NCBI GenBank assembly: GCA_036172245.1
Contig: JAYWIR010000037.1
Coordinates: 1,612,001 to 1,676,000 of the forward strand
DNA length: 64,000 bases
Direction of reading: 5' to 3'
Source of the DNA: Raillietiella orientalis
Taxonomy: Eukaryota
This document shows positions 25,001 to 40,000 of this stretch, piece after piece (positions within the stretch are counted from its first letter, which is position 1; every line of letters starts with the position of its first letter). The notes below the pieces were generated by a model. That model was not told where the DNA came from, made no database searches, and was given only the letters and a program-made list of their open reading frames with translations. Position numbers and translations under genes: made by a program.

Positions 25001-28000
25001 AGCGAGGTACATCCACCTACCCCACAAGACCCTCTTCTTCCTCTCTCGAAGTGTTTCCATCGCCATGGCATGTTTAGAAAGCACTCGCAGCTACGTGTAA
25101 CTAAGCTGATATAACCAAGTTTTCAGAATTTCGATTAGTAGTCGTCAGGCGTCCTAAGAATACGAATTCCTGTTGACTGCGATAAAAAGGGAAACGAAGA
25201 TGAGGACGTTGGGATATAATGGGAAATTCCTCCGGGCAAAATGATTCAGTACTTTTGAAAAGGGAGCGTGAAGCTGGAACAGCGGGTGTGATTTCAAAGA
25301 ACCGAATAGCATCCCCTGAAAAGTCGTGACCTCTGAAACGACTCGTGAAGGCTAGGGAAGTCACAGAAGACCATCGCACAAGGAAGGCTGTTTTTCCTCA
25401 GACTTCACTCTGTTTCTCTGAGGAACTTGACCCGCATTTCCCGAGGAATTCCGTGTACATTCCTCCTCAGCGAATCTTGAATACTCACCCAGCTCTGAAA
25501 ATATGACTGGCAAATCCGCTGGACCGGTTCGAGTCAACCTGAAGGAATCTCCCAGCAGACTGATAGGTTGCATTCATCGGGAAGAAATTCGTTCAGAATG
25601 GCAGTGTGCATCCGTTGTAGCTGGAATTCGTTTTCTCAACAGATGATGGAATTCGTTAGGTTTCAAACAGATGAGGGAAAACTCATCTGTTGAAGCTTAG
25701 CTCATGCCGAAGGAGACGCTGAAAGAGAAAGCTGATCCGAAGTTTCAATGGAAGACTTTATGAGCAGCGGAAAAATGAACGAGCAAGGAGATACATAGCC
25801 ACGTCCGGGTCGGGAGAAAAGCCCGCAGTGACCAGCGTTTCAAACTGCATTCATTTGGGAAATTGCTCTAAATGGAATTCTGCTTTCACTGTTTTGTCTA
25901 GCTATTTGAATGTTGCCACCTAACTTTTCTATTAGAGGCTTGCAGTGACACTCCAGGGTGAAGTTCCTCGTTTTCTTTCCTTTCGTTGTTGTTATGAAAA
26001 ATATTCGAATTTTGGAAGAGGCCTCGCCATAGCAATAGAGGGCTTGCAAGAACTAGACTTGTCTTCCATTCTGATATCTCATCTCCCTCCATCGATCTTG
26101 GGAGTGACGCTTTCTTCCCTCCCTCCCCCTCCCTTACATAGGAAATGCCTCAAGCGTTCGTCTGTTTGCGCGTCCAGCAAAGTCAAAAGTTGAGTAATAT
26201 TTCTGCGGAATCCTTCTGATGCAGGGTTCATTATTCATGAAATTATCATAAGCCGAAGAATATGCAAATTGTGAACACTTTAGCATCTTGACAACTCGAA
26301 GCATTGCTTTCTGCTGAGGCTTCCTCTTAAATTCAACCCGGCGCTGATGGTTTAAGAAACAGAGTTAGATAAGCGGCTTTGCAATTGATTTCATTTTGAC
26401 AGTGTGATAAAAGGGATGTTTTTTTTTTTTTTACTTGAGGAAGCATTGCGCATTTATTCAGGATTTCTTCCATGCTGCTTATTTTTTCCTGCTGTTCATT
26501 CTCAGGATCGTTCGTGTGTTTCTTTTTTTTTTTTTTCAAGAAAAAGCTCATCGCTTCATTGCAATTCAGAGGCTCCAAATTCTCGAGCATTTTGCCTGAG
26601 CCTCTTGAGAGACATCCAAAGCACATAAAGAGTTTTTTTTTCTGCGCATACATGCGATTGTGGGTGCATAAAAATGATGATGAGGAAAACAAGAAGAGCA
26701 ATCAACCCTTTAAACTCACATCATAGGAAGACTCGTATCATAGCAGTTGAAACCGTCCAAACGCTTCCACGAAGGAATGCATTATTTTTTTTTTTTTTTT
26801 TGGGGGGGGAGGGACGGCGATGAAGCTGAAACGGAGGTGGGCGACGAGAAAGAAGTTAACAGCCAGTCTGGAATGCTTGCGAGGGAATGAAAGAAATAGT
26901 GAAACTTCTTCGGCAATTGTGGATTTCTGGCTGGCGGAGCTAGAAATTCGAATTCGCGTTCTTCCTAGCGCATCCCTTAGAAGGACAGTTTGAAGATCTT
27001 CGTTTACCGGTCCATTTATTAGCATTACCTGCGGGATGCACATTCCACCTGGATTTTCTTGATGGGATTCTCGACATGGTTGACCCACCTCATAACACCA
27101 TACGAGAGTATGCGTTTTCTCGAAATAAGTACCCAATTTTGAGGCAGGCAAGACATTTTGAAAGTGTACTTAATTTCGCCCTAATTGAAATGATCGAACT
27201 GCTGCAAGGCGACGACCTTTTCTTAATGAGCCATGGCATCTCCTTGCTAAAGATTTATTTTTAGTGCTTTCCAGGGAAATCTGTTCTTTTGACTTCTTGT
27301 GACACGTCCGGCACGCTGAATTCGCCGTCCGATCAGCGTCGTTGAGTTCGCAAATATTGCACGACATGCATTGGATTTCGGGGCCGAACCAAAGGTCCTA
27401 TTTGTACGGGAATAATTCAGCCTTGGGGTTCCCATTCATCTATGCATTCGAGTCATGTCGCGCAATGCGCAACTGCAAGTCATCCCTATCTAAGATGTCA
27501 CCTTACAGACGCTTAAAAAAATAGTACTCTCAGTCCAATATTACGCCCGGGAAGACTGTGCGAAGAAATCACTTTTGCATACTACCACACACACACACAC
27601 ACACACACATACACACGTGCATGCATGCATGATTACCATGTAGTTGCATCAGAGGAAACTGTGCTCCATGGCACGATGGAAAACCAATCAGTCTTCGGAA
27701 AAAGCACCGAATTCGCCTGCAACTTCGAGAAACAGAAACGAACGTTTTAAGATAAGGTTTCCTTCAGAGATGCGATTTGATCTGTCAGAATGGAGCTCCA
27801 TTCCGACGGAGTTCCTAACCGAAGCAAATGGGCAGAGTCCCTCATTAACTGAAATCTTCGACCGATTCGTGGACGCGCCAAAGCTCATAAACGAATTAAT
27901 CGTTCGGCTCCTTTTTGTGTAAGCTTCCGTTTATTCCTTTCAATTTTGGCGGATAAGGAGCGTAACCACGCACATCTTTGATGCAAGAGGGAAGTGGCCA

Positions 28001-31000
28001 AAAACAAGCACTTGTGCCTCGGGTACGAACGCGGGATGAAATCTGATGTTTGCCCGAGGCCTGTCCGACTTGACCGCAAGGTGTGGGCTGCTTCGCAGAG
28101 GAAAGCAATCCAGGAATGCCTCAGGATCTCCTCTGATACGGAATGATTCTTGAGCATCACTTGTTGGAAATAGCAAATGGTTATTCACTTGGATCCGCCT
28201 ATGGGCAACATTTATTGGGTCCCTTGGCATTAATTACCTCCTCTGTTCAAACAGATTGCCGTCTCTTTGAAAACGATGAGCGATTAAGATTTCATCTTTC
28301 GAAATTCGCGCATTCCAAAAATTATGATCACTAACCGTTCCTCTTATTTCATGATTCTCGGTCAGTATGTTATTCTTTCTTCATTCTAAAATGCTTTCAA
28401 GCATTTCGGAAATGTAAAAGACTGACACGGCTTAAGGTTTGAAGTCATTTTTTGGTGTTTCGTGATTTAAAAAAACTTTGACATTGCTGATGTATTCGTT
28501 GCATTGAATAAAAATTTGTTAGCTTGCTTAGAGCTTTCACTTTGATGTAACGGAACTGTGCCTTATTTATTTGAGTGAGGAAAAGAATCCTCATGTGGAA
28601 TAGGATGGATTATTTATTTCGTATTTGCACTGTCTATTCAATAAACAGGAATTTTCTTTGGCTTCTTGTGAGAAGAAAGCAATTGGAAGTCACGTCATTT
28701 GAATTTTCTACATTCCAAATGATGGAAACGTGACCCATTTATTTTAATGAACTGTGACGGATCCGAACTTCCAAGCATCATCTGAGGAAGAGGAAAGTTT
28801 GCCACATGATGCTCGGCTTCAAACTTTGCTTTGAGAGAAAAATCCGCAGTTTTTTCCGACTGAAAACATTCTGTACAAACGCCCTGCGATGTCTTCATCT
28901 TTCTTGGTCTCCTTCTAACAGTTTCTCGGGAATTAAATGAAGGCACCTTTGCTCCAGGAAGCATTCACCAATTCAGTTCTTTTGCATCACAAACTGCGTC
29001 AACGTGACCTCGTGTTTCGAAATGATTCTGATAAGTCCAAAAATTAGGAAAGGCCCTCATAGAATTACATTGCAGGAAAACTCTTCAGTGGAAACGCTTT
29101 TGAGCTTTGGTTTCCTCACTCTTGTTGCCAGCAACGTTTCCTAGCCTCGGGGAAAAAGTGCTGTAGCATCATAGAAGTCGTTATGAAGCCTTCCTGAGCT
29201 CCCGAGCGCTGTAGTCGCTCTGTAAAAGGACAAAGGAGCAAAAGGCAGCGCAAACCAAAACTTCCCAAAGCCACGTTTACCATATCCTTCCGTATTCATT
29301 TGTTAGTTGTCCATGCAACGTGCTTAGAAATAGCGAGGAAACTTTCATCTTCAACTGTGATGTGCAATTCATAACTCCTAGCATAATGCACATAATTCAT
29401 TAACATCATAAGCATTGCTTTTTAACATTTGTAGGGATACTATTACCAAGGAATTTTCAGATTGTCGGTCACAGGCTTGGAAATACACCTAACAGTACAC
29501 TTATTAGATATATTCACAGTCAAGTCGGATATGTTCAAAACATTTTTTTGTTAAGCATTATGTTCATCTTTTTGATTTTTCCAAGTCAAAAGGATATCAG
29601 GAATTTGCAGAAGTATGCCAAGTGGTCAAGACCAAGAAAGAGGTTGGTCATCGTCTCCTGATTATCATTCTGCTTTGCCTGATGAATTCCAAATAAAGCA
29701 AAATTAAGAATAAGTGGACATACCAAGGGGAAACATCTCTGTGGTTTTGCAGAATGAGAGCGGTGTTCAGTGAACTTTGTCAGGTTTAGAACACTCGATT
29801 TTAACTTTGGTTTAATTTTCACTGCACTTTTCTGGATTCCGTTTCTTGGCTTCTAACCAATTCGTGAATCCATGCTTCCTAAAATTAGATTGCCAAAGGA
29901 AAAAAGAAAACTAATGATCATATTGAATGAGATAATGATTGCTTGTCGCTGTCCAAGGCCGCAAGTCTGACTTCGAGTACAGGCTCTTGTACAACGATCA
30001 CCAAAAGAAAACTTCCCCTTTCGATAATGTCCAAAGCCCACAAGATTGCAAAAAGATGCATCCCGACTCGACGAATCATCTCATGCAAATGATCAAGGAG
30101 GACTGCGCTTGGTTTTCGGATATCGTCTTTTTTCCCTTTCAGACGTTTTCGAAAAGAACCAAGATGCAAGAGGGTGCAGATGTTTCCAGAAACATCAATC
30201 TTCCTCAGTAAGGGTGAAAATGCGAAAACTCTGTGTGCTCATGAATCCAAGGGAGTCGTCGGCTTCCGACAAACCACTGATGTTGCACCTAAATTTTCGC
30301 AGATCCCAAAATCTCAAAGTTTTCAAAGTTCTCGAAAGTCACATCTCTCGAAGTCGACCTACAAAAACTCGTGAGCGGGAATGCCAGCGAGAGGCGCAGA
30401 TCCTCTCGAAAACGGGAAATGCCCGTAAGGGAAAAGCGAATTTTTCAAAGTGACTATCCGTGCTGTCGTGCATTTTCGTCTCACTTACGTGAGATGGTTC
30501 GGCGTGTCAGGATCACCAAATTTGTTCTGTCAACCATCTGTGAGCGTGTTTTTTTCCCAGCTGAATGTGTTCTCGCTATTGATGGATGCATTGCACCGAT
30601 AACTGTTGATAACTGCGAGGTGTGCTCCTTTAAATCCCTAGTCAAAAGCCGTTGCGTTTTCATTTCTTGGGGACAATAGCCAGAAAAATCCAGTTGTCCA
30701 GCGTTTTTTCAGCTCTCATCTATGCTTAACAGAATTTCTCAATGCTTGTGTTGTGTCAATTTCTTTGGGTTAAGAAGCAGCCGAATCAGGTATATTCTTT
30801 ATTTTAATCTCCAGCCTACATGAAGACGAATGTCACAGAGATAACGTCTGCGACCATGGAGCTACCATGTTTTATCCCGAGTCTCCTGGAAAAAAAAGAT
30901 GTTCTCGTTGTTCTCTGGTACAAGAAAGGCGACAGCGTACCCATATACACGTAAGTTGAAGTGTTTGAAAGCATGCCTTAGCAAAGCTAGGAACAAGATT

Positions 31001-34000
31001 GCTCGCCTCATGAGTCAGAACTGGACAAGGTCCATATTCAGTGATGAAACGATCTCTGCTTCTCTTTCAGGATTGAAATTTTTGCAAATTTTGTAGCTAG
31101 TTCGAAGCCTGGTGTGTCTTATATGACAGGAGCGTCATCTCACGATCTGAATTTAAGCAAGACATGCATGTCTTCTCATATTATTTAGCACATGATAAAA
31201 AAGCCCTCAGTTAGTTGAGTGCAATGAAATTGCGTAAAAAAGGGGAAGGACCGAGTGACTGCTTTATTCTATCACGGTACAGAGAACATCTAGGAAAGAC
31301 TGAGGGCATGAATAGCCCTTAAATCCTGGGTCCTCTCTTCGCCAAAGTTCTACTTCGCTCCGCAGGCAGAAATCCAAAAGTATTGCGGTGATGTTCTTCT
31401 GGAAAACGAGATGATGGACATTTGAATGAAAGGGACACCTTCAGTGTCTTTTTCATGTGCTTTGGCATCTAATCAGATTTTGAGAATTCTCATTGAAAGT
31501 ATATGAAGTTGCAGTATGAGAAAACACCTTTTTTGGTTCTTAATAGCCCTCCGGTAATACTTCAGTCATGATTGCTCAGATTTATTCCACCGAAATCCAT
31601 TATTCTTCTTAATCCTGAGATTGTTTCTTTTAAGATCGACTACATTAATCAAACAGAGGGAAAGCCGAGCTTCCCTGCATGTCGTGTCTCCTCCTAGTTT
31701 CCTGATTCTTCGTCAACTTCATTTCTAGGCTTACGTTCTCAGATCACATCCATTGCATAAACAGCCTCCCTAAATCTTTGACTGTATTGCCATCTTGCAG
31801 CTTCCAGCGGGCCAGTATATAAAACGAAACAAATGAGAAGAAGCAGCAAGCTCTCTTGTGAATTTCACGATGAGCCATGCATCGATCAATTGATGGAGCC
31901 ACGCAGACACTAGCATCGATTCCAAGTCTTTATGTCGTGTTTCTTGGTCAGGCCTTCTTCAAATCCGTGTTTCTTTCCACAGACTGAAGCGAGCAGACTG
32001 TCCATCAGACTCGGACTGCCTGCTCTATTGACCTTTCTGCATCCAACGAACACTTTTTGGAGATCATCGCCTTTCCTTTATATCTGTTTATCCCATACTT
32101 GAAATCATCCCCTCGGAAACTCCATACGCACGGAGTTCCAAACACTAGCATCTGCTTTTTTTCAGAGGCTTTCACTTCATCCATCTTATTTTCATCGCCT
32201 TATTTTTGTCGGAAATGAGCTTTGCTCATGAGAGTCCTGTCCGCATCGCTTCAAATGCTCACACATCAAAGCAGAAAGCACGCAAATGATCGATACCTAT
32301 CTGCAAACAGCATTGGTGTGGGCTCCATGCGGCGAATGTTTTCGCAAATATGCTGAAATCCACCTCCTCGGCAAAATCAATCCAGGCCCTCCCTGCGTAC
32401 GCTCCCACGTGCCTCTCTTCCAGAACGAGAGAAGTTTCGAGATGGCCGTACGCTGGGAATTCGTGTGACGGCAGGAATTTTGAGGACGGAATATTGTGCT
32501 CTCAGCACTCTTAAGGCAGAAGTTCAGAGCAAAGAAAAGCCAATCTTTGCGATGAGAGCCCAAATAGTAGTAGCGAAACCAAACTCTCCCATGACCCACG
32601 ACAGCCTCCCGGGCATTGAGTTGACACGCATCGTTGGTCCTCACTCATGCAGGAACAAAAACTCACCAACTGCAGACAGTTGAAGAACGAATTCAGGAAG
32701 GACCAAAGGCTTACAACAGTTGGAGCTCGAGGATTTCGATCTCTCTATAGTGAGCTTCAACATTCAGCCTGCGTTTCTTTCCTGTTTCAATCTGTCTTTG
32801 CTCATCTCCGGATTCTTTATCTGAAACTCTCTGTCTCTAAGCCACTCGTGAATTCCCTGCTTTCCGTTTCATTTGACAACCTCTTGTCAAGACGAGAATC
32901 GAGCACAACTATAAGCGTGACTGAATTTGGTTCCGGTGAAGAAACGAAAGGACCCTTTCTACCCAAGGATGCTACCGCGTGCCACCTGGAGATCTCGAAG
33001 ATCAAGCTGGAAACATCGACAGTGAATGCTCAGCATCTTTAAGGGAGACGACTGGATGGCAAACGCGCACTCGTAAGCTGTTCTGCGTGTCATTGAATCT
33101 CGAACACTTGACGAAATCCCTCTGAACATGGTGATCTGACATTTGATGGCGACCAGCGTACCGCTGCACCGTTCCTCCACCAACGGTTGCAGTATTACGC
33201 TGCCTACAGAAATCGTTGGAGGTTTCCATGCCGCTTTTCTGATTCGTCTGAAAAGGTGATCGCGTACTCTATAAGCGCAAAGACTCCAGTTCTTGATGAA
33301 GCTCTCTCTATGAAAACGGGGGCTGCAGGCTACTGCAGCTGCGATCCGCTGCCCTGTCTCTCTAAAAGCATGAATCGGATCCAGTGCTCCTTGCCTGTCG
33401 ATGTCTCCGTTGGTTTTCCACCCGCAGTGCTGATCTCTGGAAATTTCTCCTCCATAATCATCGGACGGATTGGGTTTCCATGCATTGCATCGTGCTTTTA
33501 GCGCGTGATTGCATGCAGTGTTTTGATAAACATATCTTCTGTTGGGGTGGAGGCAAAATCAGTCACTGTGCTCGGAATCCACGATTTGTACGCACTCTTT
33601 TTCCCATGATCTCAATCAAACACATTTCATGTGAGGTCTTCATGGTAATTTAAATACTTCAGCAAACGTCGTTACAGCTTAATTTTGCAGAATGAAGCCG
33701 CGTTTTCCAAAGTAGGCACTTGGCAGCACTGTGCGAGCGATAGCAGCCACTCATCTGCGAGCCCTGTCTTTCTCCATCGTTATTTTGGCTACAGGAGCAG
33801 ATTGCGTTCACTATATTGTCAGATGATTTCTCACAACATGCACACATGTGTTCATCGTGCACCAAGCGAATTGTTTTTCTTTATTCTCTCATCCCTAAAG
33901 CAATCAGTAAAGAGAGTGTGGTGGCCAGTCTTTCACAGGTTTCGAAACAGAATAGGATCTACTCAAAAATGGATGTCTCAGGATCAGCGATATGAGGATT

Positions 34001-37000
34001 TTTTTGCGAAAGCAATAGGAGCACTCAATTCACAAAATGTGAATTCGCAAAGAAACTCCTGATGAAATGAATATGGAGTTCTCTGCAGCATGCAAGCACG
34101 GAATGCGCTTTGGAAAAACTGTCACAAGGCTGTGCACTTATTTCTCATGAGCCAGTCGACATGTGTTTTTTTCGATAGGGGTTTTACGATTCACTCTTCC
34201 TCTTTTGGTATGCGCAGCCACAGTTGTCCTGGAGACTTCTGAGCCATTCGCTGAGGCAGCCTCATGTGATCTTTGACACGATTTGCTCCCAAACAATCTC
34301 CCATTATCCACTCCCTTTTTTAACCCTAGGAAATTGCCGTTCGGCAAAAAAATTATCCTTCATTCCTTCCGCTGAAAGGTCAGCATTCCCTTTTTTTACG
34401 CTTAAGAGTGAGCCGTTTAGCAAAGCGGAATTGAGACTGTGGGATGAAAACGCGAGCATCGTTTTTGAAGACTGCAACTTTGCCCTATTGGCTTCGTTGT
34501 GACTGAGGATTTCAAACAGAATTCGTATTTTGTTTCAGTAAAGTAAAATAGAATAACATGATTCCTATTAGCCTTACGAGGGTACGCCTGTTTGGAAGGT
34601 GCTTTTTAAATTAAGGTCTAGATATGGATATGCTTTCGATCTTCCCCACCAGTCCGTTGCCTTGGGGAGTTCTTTCACCTGGCGAATCGGGGTCTCTCAC
34701 AGGAATATGCCAGTTGAAAGAACCTGTGCTTTCGTCTTCAGCCTCTTGAATGTTGTAGCACGGATCTTTCTTACATCTTCTGTTTAAGTTAAGGCCATCG
34801 TATTCTTTATTGAAGAGCAAGACCTGATGCAATCAGACTGTGTTAGATCTTTATATTTGAGGCGTTCTCTTGCACTAGACTGACATGATCGCTGATGAGA
34901 ATTCCACATTAGAATACCATTACTGTTCCACTTACCACTTGCACGAGCACGATTACTGTTAGCCACGTCCCAGTGGACGAGATTGTGCCTCATCTGAAAA
35001 CAAGCCAGCTGCTAAGGCATTGTATTTTCTGAGCATCCGATGCGCTGTATGTCAGTACCAAGAACCTCCCGAGTATCACATCTTCTAACTCTCCTTACAG
35101 CGGAGATGTTTCCCAACTCAGTTCTGATAGGGTATAAGTGATCTTGGGAGTCCCACGAACTGTCAGTGCCGACGTTTGGAGGCACTTCTGACGGTACACT
35201 CTTGATGGAACAGTCAGTACGTGTTATAAGGGCACAGATGCACCGTCAGCCTATCCGGATGCTTGTTGTTGCAGACATCGACAGTCGTTATTTTCTCGGT
35301 TTGCTTAAAGAACAGGTAAAAAAGACTTTAATTTTTTTCAGAAGGCATTTTTTTTTTTTCATGCAATGAAGCTACTTTGTATGAATCATGTCTATCTGAA
35401 AAGTAGTTTTTGAGCAATGAAAATTTGTCATGTATTTGGGATGTGAACACTGAGCTTTGAACCACGACTATTTTCCTCTTCCGTTCTAGAAGGAAAGGCG
35501 CTCGTCAAGTTTTCTGGAACATGGTTCCGTTAAATGTTGGCCGATTCTTTTTGGATTTTCTTTTATTTTAAACCCACTGCTTAAGCCCAGTGATGTGGAA
35601 ACACTTTGTGTCTGGTCTCATTCATGGATACTGGGCTGTTCCGTAGTGTAGGATGATCAACATGACTCTCCGTCAGCAGATACTCATATCTAGATTCAGT
35701 CTGCTTTTAGTTAGCAAACTGTGGGCTGCTAAAGGTCATTTTTTATTCGTAAATTCCTTCCTCTTTTGGAAATACTAAGGATTGGTCAGCATTTGGGCAG
35801 TCTTTCTTTTTTCGGTTGACAAAAATGTCCTCAAATCTTCGAAAGCTTTGCAAACGTGATGAAAAGGCATATTTTTTCCACACTCGATAATCGAATTTTG
35901 TTATTCTCTTACAAAATCAGTCCGACATAACAAGAGCTCTGTTTGAAATCTGTGATGCAGCTGCTTTCAGAGATGCACACCTACTTCCATTTATAACTCT
36001 CAGAACCAAGTACGCTTCTCAGATCATGGTCAGCATTTCCATGTGGATCTCATGGCTTCATTTGCAAGAGGATTCTCTTATGCTTGACTTGGCTGTGATT
36101 CAGATTGGGTGAACCCGAATCACTTTCCCATATCATTCCCCACCAAGATCCTATAACCACTCTGTTCTCATTAATTCCCGCTCTGCGAGAGCTTCTCCTA
36201 CACCATCTCACTGAACTTAGATTATGGACCACTGCTAAGGAAATCCTCGTCATCCCTTTATGCATCACATGTTCTTCCTCCTCGAAAAGTAGGGATAGAA
36301 TTCATGATTAGATAGGTACTCCATTGAAAACTTTACAGTGAAAATTTCCTGGAGAAAACTGTCGTGTATTGCGGATTTTTCCACCACTGTTAATTGCAGT
36401 TCTCTCGCTTACCTTTTACTTGCACTGACTAACTGTTATTACTGCAACTTTGAAAGTGAGATACAAACAGTCCGCAAGGAGCTGCTCTTTTTAAGGAAGA
36501 GTACAATGGAAGACCTAAAAAGAATTCAAATCTTTCAAAAAACACTCTTTTGTTTTGATTACGCCCAGATTTGAGTCTCAGCACCTGCAGCATCCAGAAT
36601 TTCAGCCTTGATAGACGATTTGCAGCAAAAGGAAAACGCCACCACGCTACTCGACCGTGTTGATAGCGTCATTACCGTTGTGGCGTGAAGAAGATAAAAG
36701 TGCAAGATAGACAACGAAAGCAAGTTTCGAAGGAAATTCTTTCCGATCCAGATGCAAACAATTTTGCTCCTGATTGCTCAAACATGGAAGTCTTTCAGGG
36801 TGAATTTTCAATCATTAAAACTGAGTTCCAGTTTCCCATGTGAGCTCACCTTCTGAGACACAAAGCCGCAAAACTGTAGCATTCCTACTGACATGGTATT
36901 CTTCCTTACGTTAAATCCAGTTCGCAGAATTCTTGTGAAAAATGAGGAGAGCAAACAGAACGGATCTTGCCGAGGTCCCGTGGAACTAAAGACTCAAATG

Positions 37001-40000
37001 CATTCCAGATACGATGCCAGAAATCGTGCTTTCAACGATGGTCTACACACCTGCGAATATCCAGAGTACATGAAGAGATCTCATTTCTTGCTAAGCAGAA
37101 ATCCACCAGTCCTTATAATAAAGGATGTGAGGGAAGAAGATGCTGGCGAATACATTTGCAGAACCGATTACGCTGAATCTTATACTCGCTACACAGTAAC
37201 TACTGTACACGTCATCGGTAAGTGAGGTGGGCATTCACATAAATCCAGAAATTTGGCAACCTTACAGTGCTACCTGAATACCCGGTAATCACAAGTTCAG
37301 GAGGATCGGAACTTCATTATCATGCAGGACCATACACCGAAGGAGACATGTTGCACCTGCACTGCGAAGTTCAAGGAGGTGTGTTGAAAAATGTTCCATG
37401 TTCCCCAATGATCCTTTGGGAATCCGATAATTTTTAAACTGAAATAGCTGAAGCGCAGTTTCGTAGTATGTAGGATGATGCTCAGTCATATAGTTTAGGG
37501 ATGACTGTTCCAAGTAGCTGTTATCCAGAAACGACAAAGAAAAGCACTTCTCCGTGCAGAAGACCATTGCTATCCAATGAATCCTCATGCCGACACTTTG
37601 AATAGCATTTCCACAATTAACATGGAGCGATAGAACTGAACAGATCGCATGTGGCTTTATTTGGCGAATTTCTTTAGAGTAAACGTGCTTTATTGTAAAC
37701 AGCTATCACACTTCACTCGTTTATAATGCTGCTCCATAATTGCATTTGTAAGTCGGTCAGTTCTCGGCCTATTTCCTCATATCCAAAGGAGTTCCATGCA
37801 CGGCATTTTCGCCCGCAAAATAGTCCCGAGATTTTCACGAGGATTCTCGGAATCTTTCGCCAGGTTTGCTCGAGCACGGTTGAATCGAACGACTTCCCCT
37901 TCCGGCATTTTCCCTTGTGTGATGGAGACCTCTTGGACTGTCCCGTCGGCATCATTCTCCATGAAATGCAAAATTGAGAACTTCTCGGGAGATCCGGCAC
38001 TCATTGTGGCTCTGTGTGGCTCAGATTCGCTCTGTGTCTTTCATTTTTTCTTTATTTTCCTCCCACAGAACAACACATTATTCCCATATAGAACATTCCT
38101 CTCTATGGAGGATCGTTTTGCTGTGTACCTTTTGGCTTTCTCAGATTTGTTTTGGGATTTGGTAAACTTAATAACTGAATGTGATTTTACCATTCTTTCG
38201 TCTCGCACAATCGTTTGAATTACCTTATGAATATTGGAGATGATCATCATTTCGAATAGCAGCGTGATGGACATATTGGGCGCATTAAATGTGCTGATGG
38301 AAGAAATCTTCAACTTTGAGACACACCTTTTTTTGGAACGAATTCATTCATAGCACCTTTAAAAATGCCCTGCAAATGGCTGTTTTATTAATTTTCCAGC
38401 GGCCTACAGAATTATTTGTTTTATTTAGAGTGCAGTTTAGTGATCCAGGCATCATTGTGCAATTTTCGTTTATTCTTGCATTCAAAGTATGCTTCTGATA
38501 TTCAAATAGAAATGTCTGCCACCTCAGTGTTCCGTTTATATCAATGCGCAAACTTTCTGATTACCTGTTTAGAGGTTCTACGGAAAAGAGCATTGCCACT
38601 TTTCTGGAAGCACTCGTTTCCCGAAATGCGTCATTTTTGGCGTCTGCTCTCAATCCTTATCCACAGAAACCCACACAAATACTTCATAGCACCATTCCTT
38701 CATCCAGCATACCCCAGATGTGCCCAGTCACCAGTTCTTCTAATCTGTGAAGACCTCTCGGAGTGCTGATTCCTTTTGAAAGCAGGGCAATGGGAAGTCG
38801 GAATCACAGCAGAAACGGAGCAGAAGTTCATTGGATAGAAGTCATCCTATTTCCGTGAATGACCTTTCCAATGTCCTTTTATTAAGAAATGAGATTCAAA
38901 AGGTGGCGTTTGGGGAACACGAAGAATTCGGTTTTCCCGAGAAACGCAATCATGTTTTCATTTCAATAATCAAATGTGCGGAAAATCACACGTTCAGTCA
39001 CATTTTTTGGCAGCTAAAGCTTTGTGATGCTTTGCATATTTAATGCAGCTATCTCTGGTACGGGTGATGTGGCTTCCGCTCTTCCTGGTTTTCTAACTTT
39101 TTTGGAGTTCTGAAATTAAATGCCCCTGTGATATTCTGTGTCTGGGGTTCATCATCATATGATGCATGGTTAATATGTTAGTCCATCAAAGATAACTTCT
39201 ACATTGGAAAAGCATTCGGTATGGAACTAGTAGATATGTATTGAAAATGAAGGCCTCAATCAGGTTGGTTGTTTCCATCGAAAGGAACCCATAGTTTATT
39301 TGATAGTTCATGATCGCCTTCTCAATATAAACCATGTAGGTAATGGTCTTGGAACCCCTCAACCAGCAGACTCTCCTCTGGCTAAGAGTTACTTGCTCTA
39401 AGTCAGAATACTTATCAGCATTATGAGAATCCTCTTTCTAAACTTAGCTGCGTGGTTTCTGCATAAGATTTAGATAACATTGGCCCGCCTAATTTTAGCA
39501 AACAAATCAGTGCTTTACTTCTAAATTTTGGATTTTTTTTCGTCCCCATGTTCTTGTGTGAATATTGGCATTCGTCTCAGCCTTCCCTTACAGCCGTGTA
39601 CCTTGAGCTTCATCGGTGTTCTTCCAGGAGTTAGATGGGAAAGTGTGAGAATTCTATCTGGAGCTGTTGGGCAGGGTATACTCTTTTTTTCGCCTTCAGG
39701 TTCTTACAACGTTCTCCATATCCAATTAATTGATGACTAGAAACATGTTTTTGAGTGTCCGAGGAGTCCATATGACTGCGTTTCGTGCTGTGGGAAGAAT
39801 TTTCCACGGTCCATCTCTTTGTTCACTTTGCATAGCAACATTTCTAACGCTGGACCCATCCCTGCTTTCTGGACTCATAATCAGTAATGCTATGCATTAT
39901 TCTTCAGCGCGACTCCTCGCTCTTTCCCCTGAGATAATCAGCTTTCAGGAAGTCTAAATTCTCGCGTTCACACATAGTGTATATATCGGGATCATTTCCC

